The translations under genes were made by a program, and so were the position numbers. Under the pieces are notes generated by a model that was not told the DNA's origin, searched no databases, and saw nothing but the letters and a program-made list of their open reading frames with translations. From Lytechinus pictus (Eukaryota), in contig NC_087245.1 of assembly GCF_037042905.1 (NCBI RefSeq), positions 4,032,001-4,092,000 of the forward strand: a stretch of 60,000 nt of DNA. Reading direction: 5' to 3'. Shown here piece after piece: positions 38,554 through 51,912 of this stretch (positions are counted from its first letter, which is position 1; each line of letters opens with the position of its first letter).

Positions 38554-41500
38554 TATATCCCTTTCTCTTCATATACATCTCTTCTCTGTTTTTTCTCTCC
38601 TATATCCTCCTATGCCCAGTTACTCTCCCCCTCTCTCTCTTTCTTTCTCCTCTGCCTCTCATCTTATCATCCCTCCCATCACCTCATCATCCATACCATC
38701 TTGCTATGAAGGACACATATTCTCATTCCATGCATAGCTATGTATTAAGCTCACCCATGTTGAGAGGTTCCCTACATCACTAGAAGATCGATGCCATGTT
38801 CCTTTTTAAAATTCTTCCAGCATCACATGTCCACCAGACAACAGCTTCACTGATTAGGTTTAAAGGCTACATTCACACTTCTTCAGAATCACCTACAATG
38901 TAGTTCATCTAACAGTGAAATAAATTGCATCATTGTCAGAAATTTATTAAGAAAAATAATGATTTGCCTTTTGATAATAATACTTTACAGTTCTGTCTTC
39001 TTCGTTTGTACTGTAGTTGCTCCCTTTGAAAATTTGCATTTTAGGGCAGATATCAAACACCCAAAAACACACTCAAGCTAAATGTTATCATATCATCCTG
39101 CATTTAAACCACTTTCATATAGTTCTTGAAATTCAGATGAGAGCTGTTGATTCAATAACATTGCGCATACAATAATGAAAAACATCATTATACTGGAATC
39201 CTAATAATCAAAAAAATAAATTTTTGTAAAAAAATATCTTGTCTTGTTTTAAACAAATATATTCTAAGAATCTCAATACAGTGAGGTTGGTAGTATGTCT
39301 TTCTGATATATTGTCATAAAATTGAATTTTAGGGTATTTGAACAGTGGAATAAAATCTCAATATTTCTTGTTACAATCAGTTGCAGTTTATAATTTTTTA
39401 TTGTTGTTTTTTGTTCAACTAATAAGTTACCAATATTTGGTATCATCCTATATTCCATTCTTCTTTGAGGAGAAGTTTGCGTACCCAGTCACATTATATT
39501 CATTATCACGCAGGCTTTGATCTACTGAAACATAGGCTTTAGAATAATGAGGGGACTTCACGGGGGAGATCTGTTGCTGAATAGTTGATCTCTTGTTTCT
39601 TATCTGTCAGTCATTAAGATATACATGATGATCTATCTGCATTACTGATGCTCATCTGTGATGGTGTAATTATTTCTAGGTTTTGTGTTTGCTTCTCACT
39701 GTGTACATATCTTTTATCCCCCTCTCTCTCTCTCTGTTCCTCTCTATTTCTCTCTCTTTATCCCTTCCCTCCTATGTCCCTTCTCTTTCTGTCATCACCT
39801 TTCATCTCTTCTCTGTCCTATCACCTGGTAGCTGACATTCGTCTGACTCTGGAATCCATAACATACACACACACACAAGATCTCCATCTCCAGTAGACGG
39901 AAACTTTGTTGGATTTAAACTGTGTATTTATCACAATCGGACTCACAAAGAAAGAACCAAGAACAATGACTGTCTCTTGTGCTTTATAATTCTTTACCTT
40001 AAATGGATTTTGAGAACATGTCATTTTGTACATTTGAAGGCTTTGTTTGTTATTCTGAAGTCTACATCTCCTGTCTGAGGGCCTATTTGATGTCCAATAT
40101 CACTTTATTTTCTCTTATTTTCTGAGACTTCAGACAAGCTTTGCACTTGAATAAAAGAACAAGGATTCAAACACATGTCAGCTCAAATTTATTTAAGTGA
40201 ACTGAAGTTAGCATGTGATGCTCCATGGTGATACACATTTCTATGGGTTTTTTTTTTCTAGACAGATTTTGAGATCAAAACAAATTTGTTTATTTCACCT
40301 TTCATTTATAAGGTTAGCTTTTGTTCTCTACCAAGGAGAATACCCTATCCTAGTGACATATGTTTCATGTAAATAATAAATAACTGCTGGTAGTACTACT
40401 ACATCTGTTGTGGAATAACAACATATGGTTTCTTCTGTTTGAAATTGGATGACTTCATGGCACTCTGATTAAGTTTAGATTACATATTGACCTTCCTTCT
40501 ATTAGTTCAAAACAGTGGCATGTTCATGGATGGCTGCTTTCATTTCTGGTATAATTCTAACGCATTCTAATCGAAGACGGAAAATATACTATTTAAAAGA
40601 GAAAGAAATTAGATCACTCTGATTTGTGAGATTACAATGTAGATATATCATTACATTAAGTGAATTTTTGCTTGTGGGTGTACAAAATGTGTTTGAAGTT
40701 TAAACTGCTTTTCTATATGACAATATTATTTTGATGAACAGTATTGGAATATTAATTGATATGGAATTGCATTGTTACTAGAAATTAAAAGTACTGGGAG
40801 ACTGATGGAAAAGTACTCATATTATATTCATGTTACACAAAGATAAAGCAAAATAAGTTGTTCATAATAAATGTTTATTTTGTATTCACAGGACACCCAT
40901 TTTTACCTACTAGTGACCAATTATAGTAAGGCTCTACCACATATGATTTGGATGCAATGGTATGACCATTTCTAAGCATTATCATTTGACAATCATACAT
41001 TATAACCACAAAGAGTAATTCCATCGTTTTCATCATAAAAATGAACTCTTGATGACAGAAATTGTCTGTTGATAATGGAATGAAACCATGGTTGACCCGG
41101 ATCACTCCAATGAATAACTATTGATAGTCTATTTGATGAAGATGAGAACAATAATAGAGACAGGTGCAGTGAGATATCTCAATAGGTCTCTTTTGAATGA
41201 CTTCCTACAAAATATGGTGGTAAATATGATATTGAAAATACTATTATATCTTCAGTCAGATGTGTGTGTAGTCCCAATATACCCTTGAAATGTCAGTTAA
41301 CCTTACACACGTAAAGTTTGGTTCTATTTAGATGGATGCTAGTATAGGCCTGTTTGACGTGATATGATAACAAGGCTGATCATTCTAATGGAATAGGATA
41401 AGCGGAGATACAACAATGAGTTGTACTTAAAATAGACCTACATCTTCCCACAGACACACTAAATATAGATGTCAGTAAATGTAGATCCAGAGTTTTGTTA

Positions 41501-44358
41501 AAATATAGATTGACACTTCTGCTGTTGTTAAGGGAAAGGGTTATCGTATGCTAAGTTTGAAGGTATTTTGAAATTATATTTAATTATGAATTTTCTTTTC
41601 ATGGTAGCCTCTTATATACTCGACAGTGCATGTTTTCTGCATGTATGACGTGAATGCTCATCACGCGGCTTTGAGAACAGTGCTGAAGTACTATGACTGC
41701 AGCTATACATAATGCGAATTCTGCAGTGCTTTGAATAAATCCAATGGTTTTAGTGGGATCTGTTCAGCTGTTGTTATGTTAGATCGCTGGTATCCATGTT
41801 ATGAAATGTTATAGCAGTCTGGATTACACATCCTTGAACAATGTACATTATTTCCATTATTGATTTTACAGCTTAATGTGGAATGGATACTGAAATGCAA
41901 ATGATAATAATAGCAATAACGGCATATTTACCCAGGGATGCCACTTCTATAGACATGGAATACAATTTTACTTTTTCCAGACTTATTTTTTTCCCCGGAA
42001 AATTCTACATAGGTCTTCTACATAGCCACCCCCCAACTGTCAACATGTTACAAAAATCACTGCTCTTAGGATTTTTGTTTGTCATGTTATGCTTGTGCTA
42101 GATAGTAAGGTTGATACATATAGGGCCTCTATGTTGAAGAATTTCTGTTCAAATAAAAACCCTTGAATTTGTCAGGTGGATGTGAAATCTGTCATTATTT
42201 ATTATTCTACTTCAGTTCAGAAATTCCCCTTTGACTGATTGAATGGGAATTCAACATCATTTTGTGATATTCATGGCAAAAGCAAACCAAGTTGCGTGCA
42301 TGTAGAGAGAATTTAGTAGAGAATGAAAAGATTACCCTCAGGGTACTACTTCAGATCAGAGTTTTGTCAATATTTATGAAGTTATTCACAAATAAAATTC
42401 CTTTTCCTATCTTGATTTGATTTGCTTCCATTTATCAATATTGATCATCCTCTCATCCTGTAGTAGAGTGACTTTATGCTCCCTGAATTGGATAAATACC
42501 AGCAATATATTATCATATTCATTGGTAATCTGAACTCCAAACAGAATACCACACAAAAGATTGACATGAATAACATCATAGCAGTCTGTTCCCATTGCTA
42601 CCGTCATGGCCATTCTTTCTTACTATTCTATGATCATTGAAATGGGGTCACTATAGCCCTATATGATATTCATGTCATTCACGAAAGCCACTTGAGCATA
42701 TTATGATGGTATGGATATTGTTGTAAGTTAAATTTATTATATCAACATTTCCATTGTTTTATTTAGGTCAAGAGTGTTTGTTTATCTTCCTTTTGTTTAG
42801 CTACTTGTAAAACACTCTGTCATTGCACAGTGATATTTCTACCAGCCTCTCCTATGTTCTGTGACCATGAAAACAACATAAACAACATATTAATTTCATT
42901 ATCATTTTGTAAACAAGTCCCAAATGCATTCTTAGTTTTGCTTTTTGGATTCTGACAGAAAGTAAAATCCTAAATACAAGGAGTAAGTATTAGATGTTGA
43001 AGCCTCCTTTAATATTAACAGACTAAAGAGTTGCAAATCGCATTTCTATAAATCACAATTTAAGGCAATGGGAACATGGTATCCTGCACTTGTCAGTATG
43101 GAGTCAAAGTTATTTCTATTGTGGTGAATGGTAGTCTTCTTATTGTGAACGTGAACTTCGCTACACAATGCTCTTTACATGGAGATCTGTCATATCAGCA
43201 GGGTGGTATTCATCTTTTAAGTGTCATCTAAGGTCTTAGTGTCATCATAGGCCAAGTGATTATTCTCTCTCTCTCTCTTCATTCTTTCTGTCTCTTCTCT
43301 TTCTCACCCCTCCCTTTGTGATTCTTTATCTTTTTTTCTATTAGGCCTACTCTTCTGTCACTCAGTGTTTGCTTTTCCATCCTCTCATTTAAACAGCCCC
43401 CCCCTCTCCCTCCTTTTCTCTTTTTTTGTTGTTGTCTTTTTTCTCCCTTTCAATGTCTCCTCCTCTCACTTCTATTGTTTGATCTCCCTTTTAATCTTTT
43501 GATTTATTTTTTTATTTCTCCATGCTTTCCAAGAATTGTACACTGTGCTAAGTTTGTAACAGTTTCTGTATTTTCTCCTTTACTTTCTCTCACCCTCCTT
43601 CCTCACCCCCTTCCTCACCCCTTTCTTTCTCTTGATCTCTCTCTCTCTATATGATTGGTACCAGTATAATGTATAGTCTCCTCACCTTGTAGTTGTTCAC
43701 CCTGTGGGATATCATTGAACAAAGTGATACCATAGCTGTGACGCGATGTGATTGCTGACTGATGTCTCCAACAAGGAATTCAGCATTCCATTTCATTCAC
43801 AATCGAGTTGATCAAACAGAAGGATATCATTTGGTCGCTTGCAGATGATAGACATATTTTGATCAGTCAGAATTCTGGGTTTACCTATCTACTGTTTCGG
43901 TCATATTATTAGGATATATACTTTAACTTATTCAATGCTGTTTGCTGTGACAACTTTTAAACTCTCTGAATTCATGCGACTTAATCATTTTGCAAGGAAT
44001 ATTGTTTTAAAAAAGTAGCAAAGTTTTGGTTGATATCAAGTTTGAAGATTTGATAAAGTGATACCTACTATCTCCAGCGATGCAAGGCAGAATTTCCGCA
44101 TGGATCAATAAAGGATGTATCATGGATTAGGGATTGCTCCTGTGAAGTGAAAATTGACAAATTATTCTTGATGGGGTTCTTTGATCGCATATTTATGGAT
44201 GTTTCTAGGGCCCTGTGTGTTGTGATTAGGAAGGAAGTTTGAGATTTTGTGATGGATGGATTTTTATTGCACTATACTTATACAAACCAACGTGAAGGAA
44301 TTCTCTTTGTGACTGAAGATTTATTTGATTCCCCTGGCCTGTCAGATTGTTTTTGACA

Positions 44359-44393
44359 ATGGGATTGTACAAAATGAACCATGAAAAGATGAG
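44359..44393 (+). CDS. Candidate alternative first coding exon C (MGLYKMNHEKM-S), splicing to exon 7
   Basis: acaATGg start context; upstream in-frame TGA at 44326; consensus donor AG|gtgagt in phase 2, matching the phase-2 acceptor at 46119. Confidence 0.55.
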
Positions 44394-46118
44394 GTGAGTG
44401 TTAAAGCTTTAGAAGAAATATTTTATAATAATTTTTTCTATAAATTTCAAACCCACATAAGGAACTTTACCTAATTCCAACCTCAGCAAACCCCACTGGT
44501 TTATTTTATGCCAGCCTGGTTGGTTGACTAGTATACTTAAATTTTGAAAGGGTACATATATATATATATAAGAAATCGACCTATTGTTGGGCGGTTGGAC
44601 AAGCAGCCGGTTGATTGTTCGATATATTCCAAATCATGTAGATCAAACTACTTCCTCAGTTTTTTGCCCATGGCTTACAGGGCTTGGTACATGGATCGGT
44701 CTTGGAGTATAGACATGTAAGAGATTTTTTTTAATGTTTTTTTGTAGGCCTGCTGCATTGCTATTGTAAGGACATTATTTTGCAAAAGTCAATGAGATTT
44801 TTTTGTTTCATTTAATATTTTTCTCACATAAGGCCGTCTTGAGTCAGTGTATTAATCACCTTCTTGATCTAACTTGATCACCTTGCATGAAGGCCAAAGT
44901 GAAATGTTTAGCTTTATGATGAGGTACATTTCTTTGTGTTATTTATCATTTTCCCAATAATTTTATTTTCCAATTTTGTTCCAGTGATTGAACACCAATG
45001 AGCTGTAACAGTCTGATTATTATTTTAATTGGTTTCTTTTCAGTGTATGTGATGTGTGTGTGCCATGTAACTGTAAAAACATGTTGTGTTTTGATGTAGC
45101 ATGGACTGAATGAATATAGGTGACAATGATGTATACAAAAACATTATTGTAGCAGTGTAGAGACTCTACTAAAAGTTCTGTAAGGTTGAAATGAATCATT
45201 TCTTTTCACTCCAAGTTAACACTAGTGACCTGTAACATATACACTCAATATTGGGATTATTATCAATCTTAGATTTAAAAAAAAAACTGTGTACAAAAGA
45301 ACAATAGTTGATAAAAAAATTATTTTATCTCTTCAGGGCTCAGGGTTGTCAAAAAACGTGTTGTATAGACAAATTGAAGTGCATTATTGAAGTATCTGAT
45401 GTATCAGCAATGGTAGTCTTGAGCCAAAGTGGGATACGATGAGTCTGTTTTCTACGTCTTAGTTTGATCAACATAAAGTCTTGATTAAACATTTTTTAAG
45501 AACCCACCCCATCTGCAATCCCAGTGATAAAATAGCTCCTCACAAGAAAATTAAAGATGAATAGCAAAGGAAATAGTTGATGATATTCTATCCAGGACAG
45601 TGTTTAAGTCTGTTGCAAGTCATCTACAATGAATCAACCAAACAAAAACAGATAAAGCTATCCAGGGTGAATGGTGTTGTTATTTTGATAATTGAAAAAA
45701 AAATTGACATATGAATTGATAAATGAAAAACATGATGGTGTCACTGTATGAGCTGCTCTTATAGGTTGATCAATGGAGTGCACTTTTATCTTGATAGGTT
45801 ATGCATACATTACCATATAGACACAAATAACATAGACATCTGACTCTGTTTTCAATGTAAACATGAACAAGTATGCTAGGCTTGTCATGAGTAGAAATAA
45901 TGTTTTCTTTGAACTAGATCTTAATCAGTTGCATTCTCTGACAGCGTTGCTGCGTTCTTTCTTTATTACAGGCATGATATTCCCCCGACTAAAATCAGAT
46001 GGGAGTTGCCATTTAAAAAGGGAAATAGCAAATGAATATAAAAATTATCAATTGTCCTTTCTTCTTATTTTCTAGCTATTTTATGTAATATTGGCATCAT
46101 TTCTTTTTATCTTTTCAG

Positions 46119-46260
46119 TTCTCAGAGCATTGAGGAGAGAGCATCAGTCCAGAGTATGTCAACTGAATCTCTTCAGTCAGGTAACTCCTTAGGATCATCA
46201 GCAGATTGGGATTCTCCCAGCAAGAACAGTTCCACCTCTCAGCAGGCTTCTACCCCACTG
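46119..46260 (+). CDS. NCKAP5: NCKAP5-family exon 7 ((T)SQSIEERASVQSMSTESLQSG...ASTPL)
   Basis: Acceptor cttttcag|T completes the phase-2 codon from exon 6; open for 142 nt; donor CTG|gtaaga (phase 0). Confidence 0.85.
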
Positions 46261-46894
46261 GTAAGATCACTGTGTTCTTCATCAAGCCTTCATGTCCTCA
46301 TCCATTCATGTGCTATGATATAATTAACCTTTGCTAGTACAGCAACCAGATCTAAAAGAATTTTGTAGTGATTCACTTTGTTATAAAGAATAGTTATATA
46401 GTTACATTAGGGAAGTATTCTGCTAGTTTTGGATGTACCTCTTTTTTAGTTTAAGATTGCCAATTATATCAGAGTTTTTGATCTTTGACTCCAGAATCAT
46501 GTATTCCATCGCATAGTGATATGCCAACTTTTTTTCAGGAGTGCACCTTTAGATTTTTCAAAATGTTATAGTGCCATCCAAGTGCACACGTTTCATGTCA
46601 TAGTATTTATAGATATATTCTTTGAAGAGTTTTCCATGTTTTTGTTTTATATTTGATTATTCCTCATTGTGCATGGATAAATGGTCAATAATGAGTTATA
46701 AACTACCTGAGAAACAAATGGTTTGGCTTTTTTTTAAAGGCATTTCTAGCTTGAGGAAAGTAAGCCAAAACTATTCTTTTGTTTCTTTACCGTTATGTGT
46801 ATACTTTCTAGTAATTGTGTTAAAAGATGCAGCTCTTCAACCTTCAATCCTATACAAATATCTAAAATTAATTTCATTATATTTTTGTTACCAG

Positions 46895-47038
46895 GGCAAC
46901 CTGTTATCAAGTGATTCTGAATCAGAGGAAGAAGAAGAGAGTGTAAACTTTGTTGATATGTGGAAGGCTCGGTCTACTCCACCCATTAAACTACCAGACT
47001 GGGATCCTAATAAGAGCATTGAAGAACATAGAAAGAGG
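46895..47038 (+). CDS. NCKAP5: NCKAP5-family exon 8 (GNLLSSDSESEEEEESVNFVDMWK...EEHRKR)
   Basis: Acceptor ttaccag|GGC; donor AGG|gtaagt; 144 nt, phase 0/0. Confidence 0.85.
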
Positions 47039-47571
47039 GTAAGTTTGCCCCACCCACTAAGGTAGAATCACACTTTGCTCATACCATATCTTTTACAAGT
47101 TTATTTTTTAAAGAGTTTTGCAGAGCAGATGTAATAACATTTGAAGATTGAATTTCACCCCAAAAGCAAACCATTATGTCAGATATTCAGTGCTAATTCA
47201 GAAATCTTCTTCAATTAGATGTCAAAGTCTATCAAACTCAATACATTGAAATACAAGGAGTATTCAATGAATATGTCAGACAGGTTCAATTAAGAATCCA
47301 TACTGCATCTAGTTTACAGTCCTAAATCCTATAATAAAGCTTTGGATTAATTGTAATGCTGATTTTTTTTTTTTTTTGCAATTGATTGTACTAATCATCC
47401 ATTGCAGTCAATTGTACAAATGAACAATATGATTAATCACTAAACTTAGTATAACATGGCCATGAATATGGATTTGTCTGACTCATATGTGTGAAGCAGA
47501 CAATATACTACTTCAATAGATCAATAGATCTGTTTTAAGTGGCAGGTGCATTCTGTGTTAAGGGGAAAACT

Positions 47572-47860
47572 AATAAACATGCTGGCATACAATAGCTTGG
47601 GGTTTAACTTTTGCACAGATATATTATAACATGCAACAACATGATTGAAATAAATTGTAAAATCACTATATAGTATTGTGATTTCACAATGTATTTCGAT
47701 CATAAATAGATTGCGAGACAAATGAATACCCTCTAGCGATTATTTCATTCCGTAATAATGAACCTATTTAGTATTATTTCGATCATGTTATTGCATGTTA
47801 TGGTATATCTGTGCAAAAGTGAATCCCAAAGCTATCGGATGACAGTTTTGGTAGGTATTA
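47572..47860. mobile_element. Degenerate MITE / long inverted repeat
   Basis: Arms of about 63 bp at 47591-47653 and 47774-47836 (ttttgcacagatata...taacatgcaa / ttgcatgtta...tatatctgtgcaaaa). Confidence 0.7.
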
Positions 47861-47887
47861 TTTTGTTTCAAGATATTCAAATGAGCT

Positions 47888-47967
47888 AATAATGATAATG
47901 ATTATAGTCATAGTGATCATAATGATGACAATAATGACATTGATGATGGTGATGGTGGCTGTGTTGG

Positions 47968-47999
<32 letters not shown>

Positions 48000-48030
48000 G
48001 TGATGATGGTGATCATGATGATAACAACAT
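47888..48030. repeat. (GAT/AAT/GGT)n microsatellite
   Basis: Trinucleotide run. Confidence 0.9.
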
Positions 48031-48292
48031 TAAGGTAGAAATGATTATAAAAACAGAAAACATGCAATCAAAATAATATATTCTGAAAAAAAGCAATTAA
48101 TTTTGCATATACATGACTATGATAAATCCTCAAAACTTTCTTTATATACTAATTGCAAATAGCTGAATATTTGAATTGAAGACTCTTTGATGTACCAATA
48201 AGCTAAAAGGATATAAAACCCTAACTATTAATATTTGAGAATCTGAACTGCGGTCCATCCTTGAATGCATGTTCTTCTTTATCTTATTTCAG

Positions 48293-50239
48293 ATGAGAGA
48301 GTCATTGGAAAGAACAGAGAGTGCCAGTTCTGCATCTAGTGAGCAGTGGATCCTCAGTTATCCTATACCAGATGACCCATCAACCAGATCAGGACCAAGC
48401 AGCAGACAAAGCAGTGTTGGTAGTATGACCAGGCAGGATTCTTCTAATTCTAGATCAGGAGTCGCATGTGATGAAGATAGGAAGATACTCCAAGAACTCT
48501 TGGAGAAGGAGCATAAAGCGCAGAGTAGGAGCACCAGCAGCGATAGCAGTCCAGAGGGGAAGAAGCAGCAAGTCATAGGTTCAAACCACAGCTTGGGCGA
48601 TACATCCATCATGTCTGATTTTGTATCAAGCATAATGGCAGAGGTGAAATTGGAAGATGCGACAGGTAAATCCAAATCAAAAGGGTCCAAAGATGATTTG
48701 ACAAGACCCAAGAAGCTTCTTAACAGTCCATTCATTAGATCTCAGAGTATGAGAGCTCCACCTAAACCATCAAGACCGGAAAGGACAAGACTACCAAGTG
48801 GTGGAAACATGGACAAAGGAAAGGTTAATTCAAGTATTCCAAAACCACAGTCTCATAATAACAAATCTCTTGCAAGTGTCAAGAAGTTGGACACACCTAG
48901 TACTAAACCATCAAAAACTGTTCAGAATCATTCATCGAGTGATAGCAAAAAGAGTGGAAGTGGGCTGACAAGAACTTTCATGTCCAAAGCTCTATCAAGA
49001 ACTACTAATAAAAGTGCATCAGACAGTCCGACTTCAAATCAATCACAGTGTGGAATTACAAGTCCTACTGCTTCAGAAAAGTCTGGAGGAAAGAGTAAAA
49101 AATCAAATTCAAAAAGTGGGAAAGGAAAAGGCAAAGGGAATGACTGTGCACCAAAGGGAAAATCAACTACTTCGGGTGCTAAAGATCCTGGATCAGCTAA
49201 TAAAGATTCCAAGAGTAAAAGTAAAATACCTCAGTTAATCAGACAGGGTTTGAAACAAAGTCCCGGGAAAAGTGATTCAACAAAGAAAAGAGGTCAACAG
49301 AGGAAAGAAATTGTTGTTGAGTCTCCAAAAACAGTACCAGCAGGGAGTGAAATGCTAAGAACAGAGAAATCATCAAATTACAACACGAGTGCTTTCACAG
49401 AAGTTGCTCCGCTTACAAAGCAGCCAAGTTTTGTCGTAGACAATGTGCCTTTCATTGATGACTCTTCTAGAAGTCCTACCGAAAATGACAATCTCAACAA
49501 AACCCCATCACCGAATGATGAGAAAAATCTTTTCACAAGCCATTTAGACCAGCAAGGTGAAGCACTCTGTGGACAATCTCCCAAATTGAGTCCTCGACTT
49601 CTTCAGAGACTTCGTGCCAGTGGTATTGAGCTTGCAAACAGCAGTGGTTCGGACAATGACTCTGTCTTCCTTCCCGATGAACCACGTCCTAGCACATTGC
49701 CGATTGACTCTGTACAAACATGTCCTATGGGCAATGGTAGTGTTACAAAGCAATGCCAACAGCCAGAAAGAAGAGAAAATGGTTCCACTTCAGAACTGCA
49801 TTTAGATCAAAAGGAGATTGAAGACATCAAGAATGGACTCCTTGTAAGTGAATCAGATGCTCTCAGTATTGGCAGCTGGAGTGCCAAGTCAAGTGAATTT
49901 GGGCTCAAGAATTCATTTCTGTTTGGGAATGGGGATTTGGGAAATGTTGGGACACCAAGCAACAGAAGTCTTGGTCGAGGAAGCCTTGACAGGGGAAGTA
50001 TAGGAAGAGGGAGTCTTGAAAGGGGGAGTACTGGGAGAGGGAGTCTAGCGCCTTCTGTATCATCTAACCCTGAAGATTCTACAGAATTAGGAAGGACGGC
50101 AGATGATGAGGTGGATCCCAAGAAATATGATGTTCCTTTGGTATCCACAGAGATGATGGAAGACTTTGAAGCAGAAGATCTCTGTGATGAAGATGGGATG
50201 AGCAGTGATAGAGAGAAAGAGGCACAGCTCACTGAAAAG
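48293..50239 (+). CDS. NCKAP5: NCKAP5-family exon 9, large Ser/Lys-rich exon with SxIP motifs
   Basis: 674-aa ORF 48269..50293; acceptor tatttcag|ATG; donor AAG|gtatgt; 1947 nt, phase 0/0. Confidence 0.88.
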
Positions 50240-50677
50240 GTATGTAAAAGATTTGAAATAAAAGCAGGTCTTTTGAAAATCAATCTTCATTAATTCAAAT
50301 ATTCTTATCTGCATCACAGTAAACTATATAAATAAAAACTAAAATCATTATGATCATCTTTTGTCTTTGTTTTTCTGTTTTCAAAACAATTAAGAATTCA
50401 CTAATTGCAAGAACAACAACAATGTTTTTGCCAATGTAATGCAAATTTACTGGATTCTATGGGATTCCATTATAAAAATAATAATAAATACTCCTATGAT
50501 TGATTACATTTCCATAGGCTTCAGAGACTTGATACTGTGCCTCTTAAATTTTAGCGCAAATGTATTCTGTTCGAATGGCAGTGTGAAAATTGAGTTTTCA
50601 AGGCTGAAATTTATTTTGGGGATTCATCATATTACTACATGCTTATCCTTTTGTCCTCTTTATTTGAAACTGTTCAG

Positions 50678-50819
50678 GAACGAGCCAACCTTCTTGATTC
50701 TCTCTTTGAGAGTGATGATAGTGATGGAGGTCTTGATGGCTTCTTAGATGAATCCAATGAATCTCTGCTTGACAGCCACCCTGATGAAAAAGAGTTCATG
50801 AAACTCCTTGGCGACAAAG
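50678..50819 (+). CDS. NCKAP5: NCKAP5-family exon 10 (ERANLLDSLFESDDSDG...KLLGDK)
   Basis: Acceptor tgttcag|GAA; donor G|gtaaca (phase 1); acidic peptide within ORF 50639..50833. Confidence 0.82.
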
Positions 50820-50879
50820 GTAACAAGATTTAGTTCATATAAAGCTTTGTGGCAAAATAATATATCCCTCACTAATATG

Positions 50880-51172
50880 ATATTTTGGAAAGTCCACTTG
50901 TCAAGATAACATATCTCACACTATGATGACATGCTTTTTCTTAAGTTGACTTGGTAAGATATTTATTTCACCACAACAACAGATTTTCTTGTCAAGTTGA
51001 CTTGGTGAGATAATTTATGTTGCAATGTTTACTTACACAAGTTCATGACAAGTTCAACATGGTTAGATAAATATCTTCATTGACAAGTTGACAAAATATG
51101 GATATTATGTTAAGTTGTTTAGATAAAATATCTCTTTGAGATGTCAACTTAAATGGCACTTTAAATTTTCTG
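50880..51172. repeat. Degenerate interspersed repeat with short internal subrepeats
   Basis: Repeated ttgtcaag / aagttgacttggt(a/g)agata motifs, ending atgtcaacttaaatggcacttt. Confidence 0.5.
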
Positions 51173-51912
51173 TAAAAGGCAGATTTTTGTTTTCATAACA
51201 GTTGAAAAGAAGTTTACTTCATTTTCTATTGGAGCCTCTTGGTCGCTTTTTTAATCCTTTGGGAATGATGAAACTAGGGGTAGTATTCTAAACAGCATTA
51301 TATCCTTTGATATAAATTGTGTTTACATAACACAACCTAAATGCTCACAACTCATCCAAACCTCACACATCTAAATAAAATGACATCCAATCTTGTTAGA
51401 ATTGACTTCCATATACTTAAAAAATAAGAACTCATCCAGAACTAAAATGTGCACAATGTGGGAACATTTCAAGCCATTAAAATATAGTCTCAGAAGTAAT
51501 TACATACATAGAAATGATACATTGCTGTGAAAGATTAAGAACGGTTATACACCTCAACTCCATACTTGTTCCGAGTATAAGATTAAGGTCACACTGTCTT
51601 TAAACAACTAAGAAAACCATTTGGAAGTGACAGTAAACTCATGATTTGGGAGTTGCAAGGTCAAAGGTCGTGGAGATCATGGACCAAGTTCATTCATGAA
51701 TGCATATGGGAGTGACGATGTGATGATTATGCAAGATTAAGTGTGCAGTATAATGACAGAGGCATACATTTCTACTGCACACCTTTGAGAATCCATCTAT
51801 ATCATCATGGTACTAAAAACTGAATTGTCTGATCATTGGCTGTGAAATGTGTGTGTAACGGAATAATTCAAATCTTGGTCATTAAAACGTGATGATGTTT
51901 TTGTTGTTTCAG

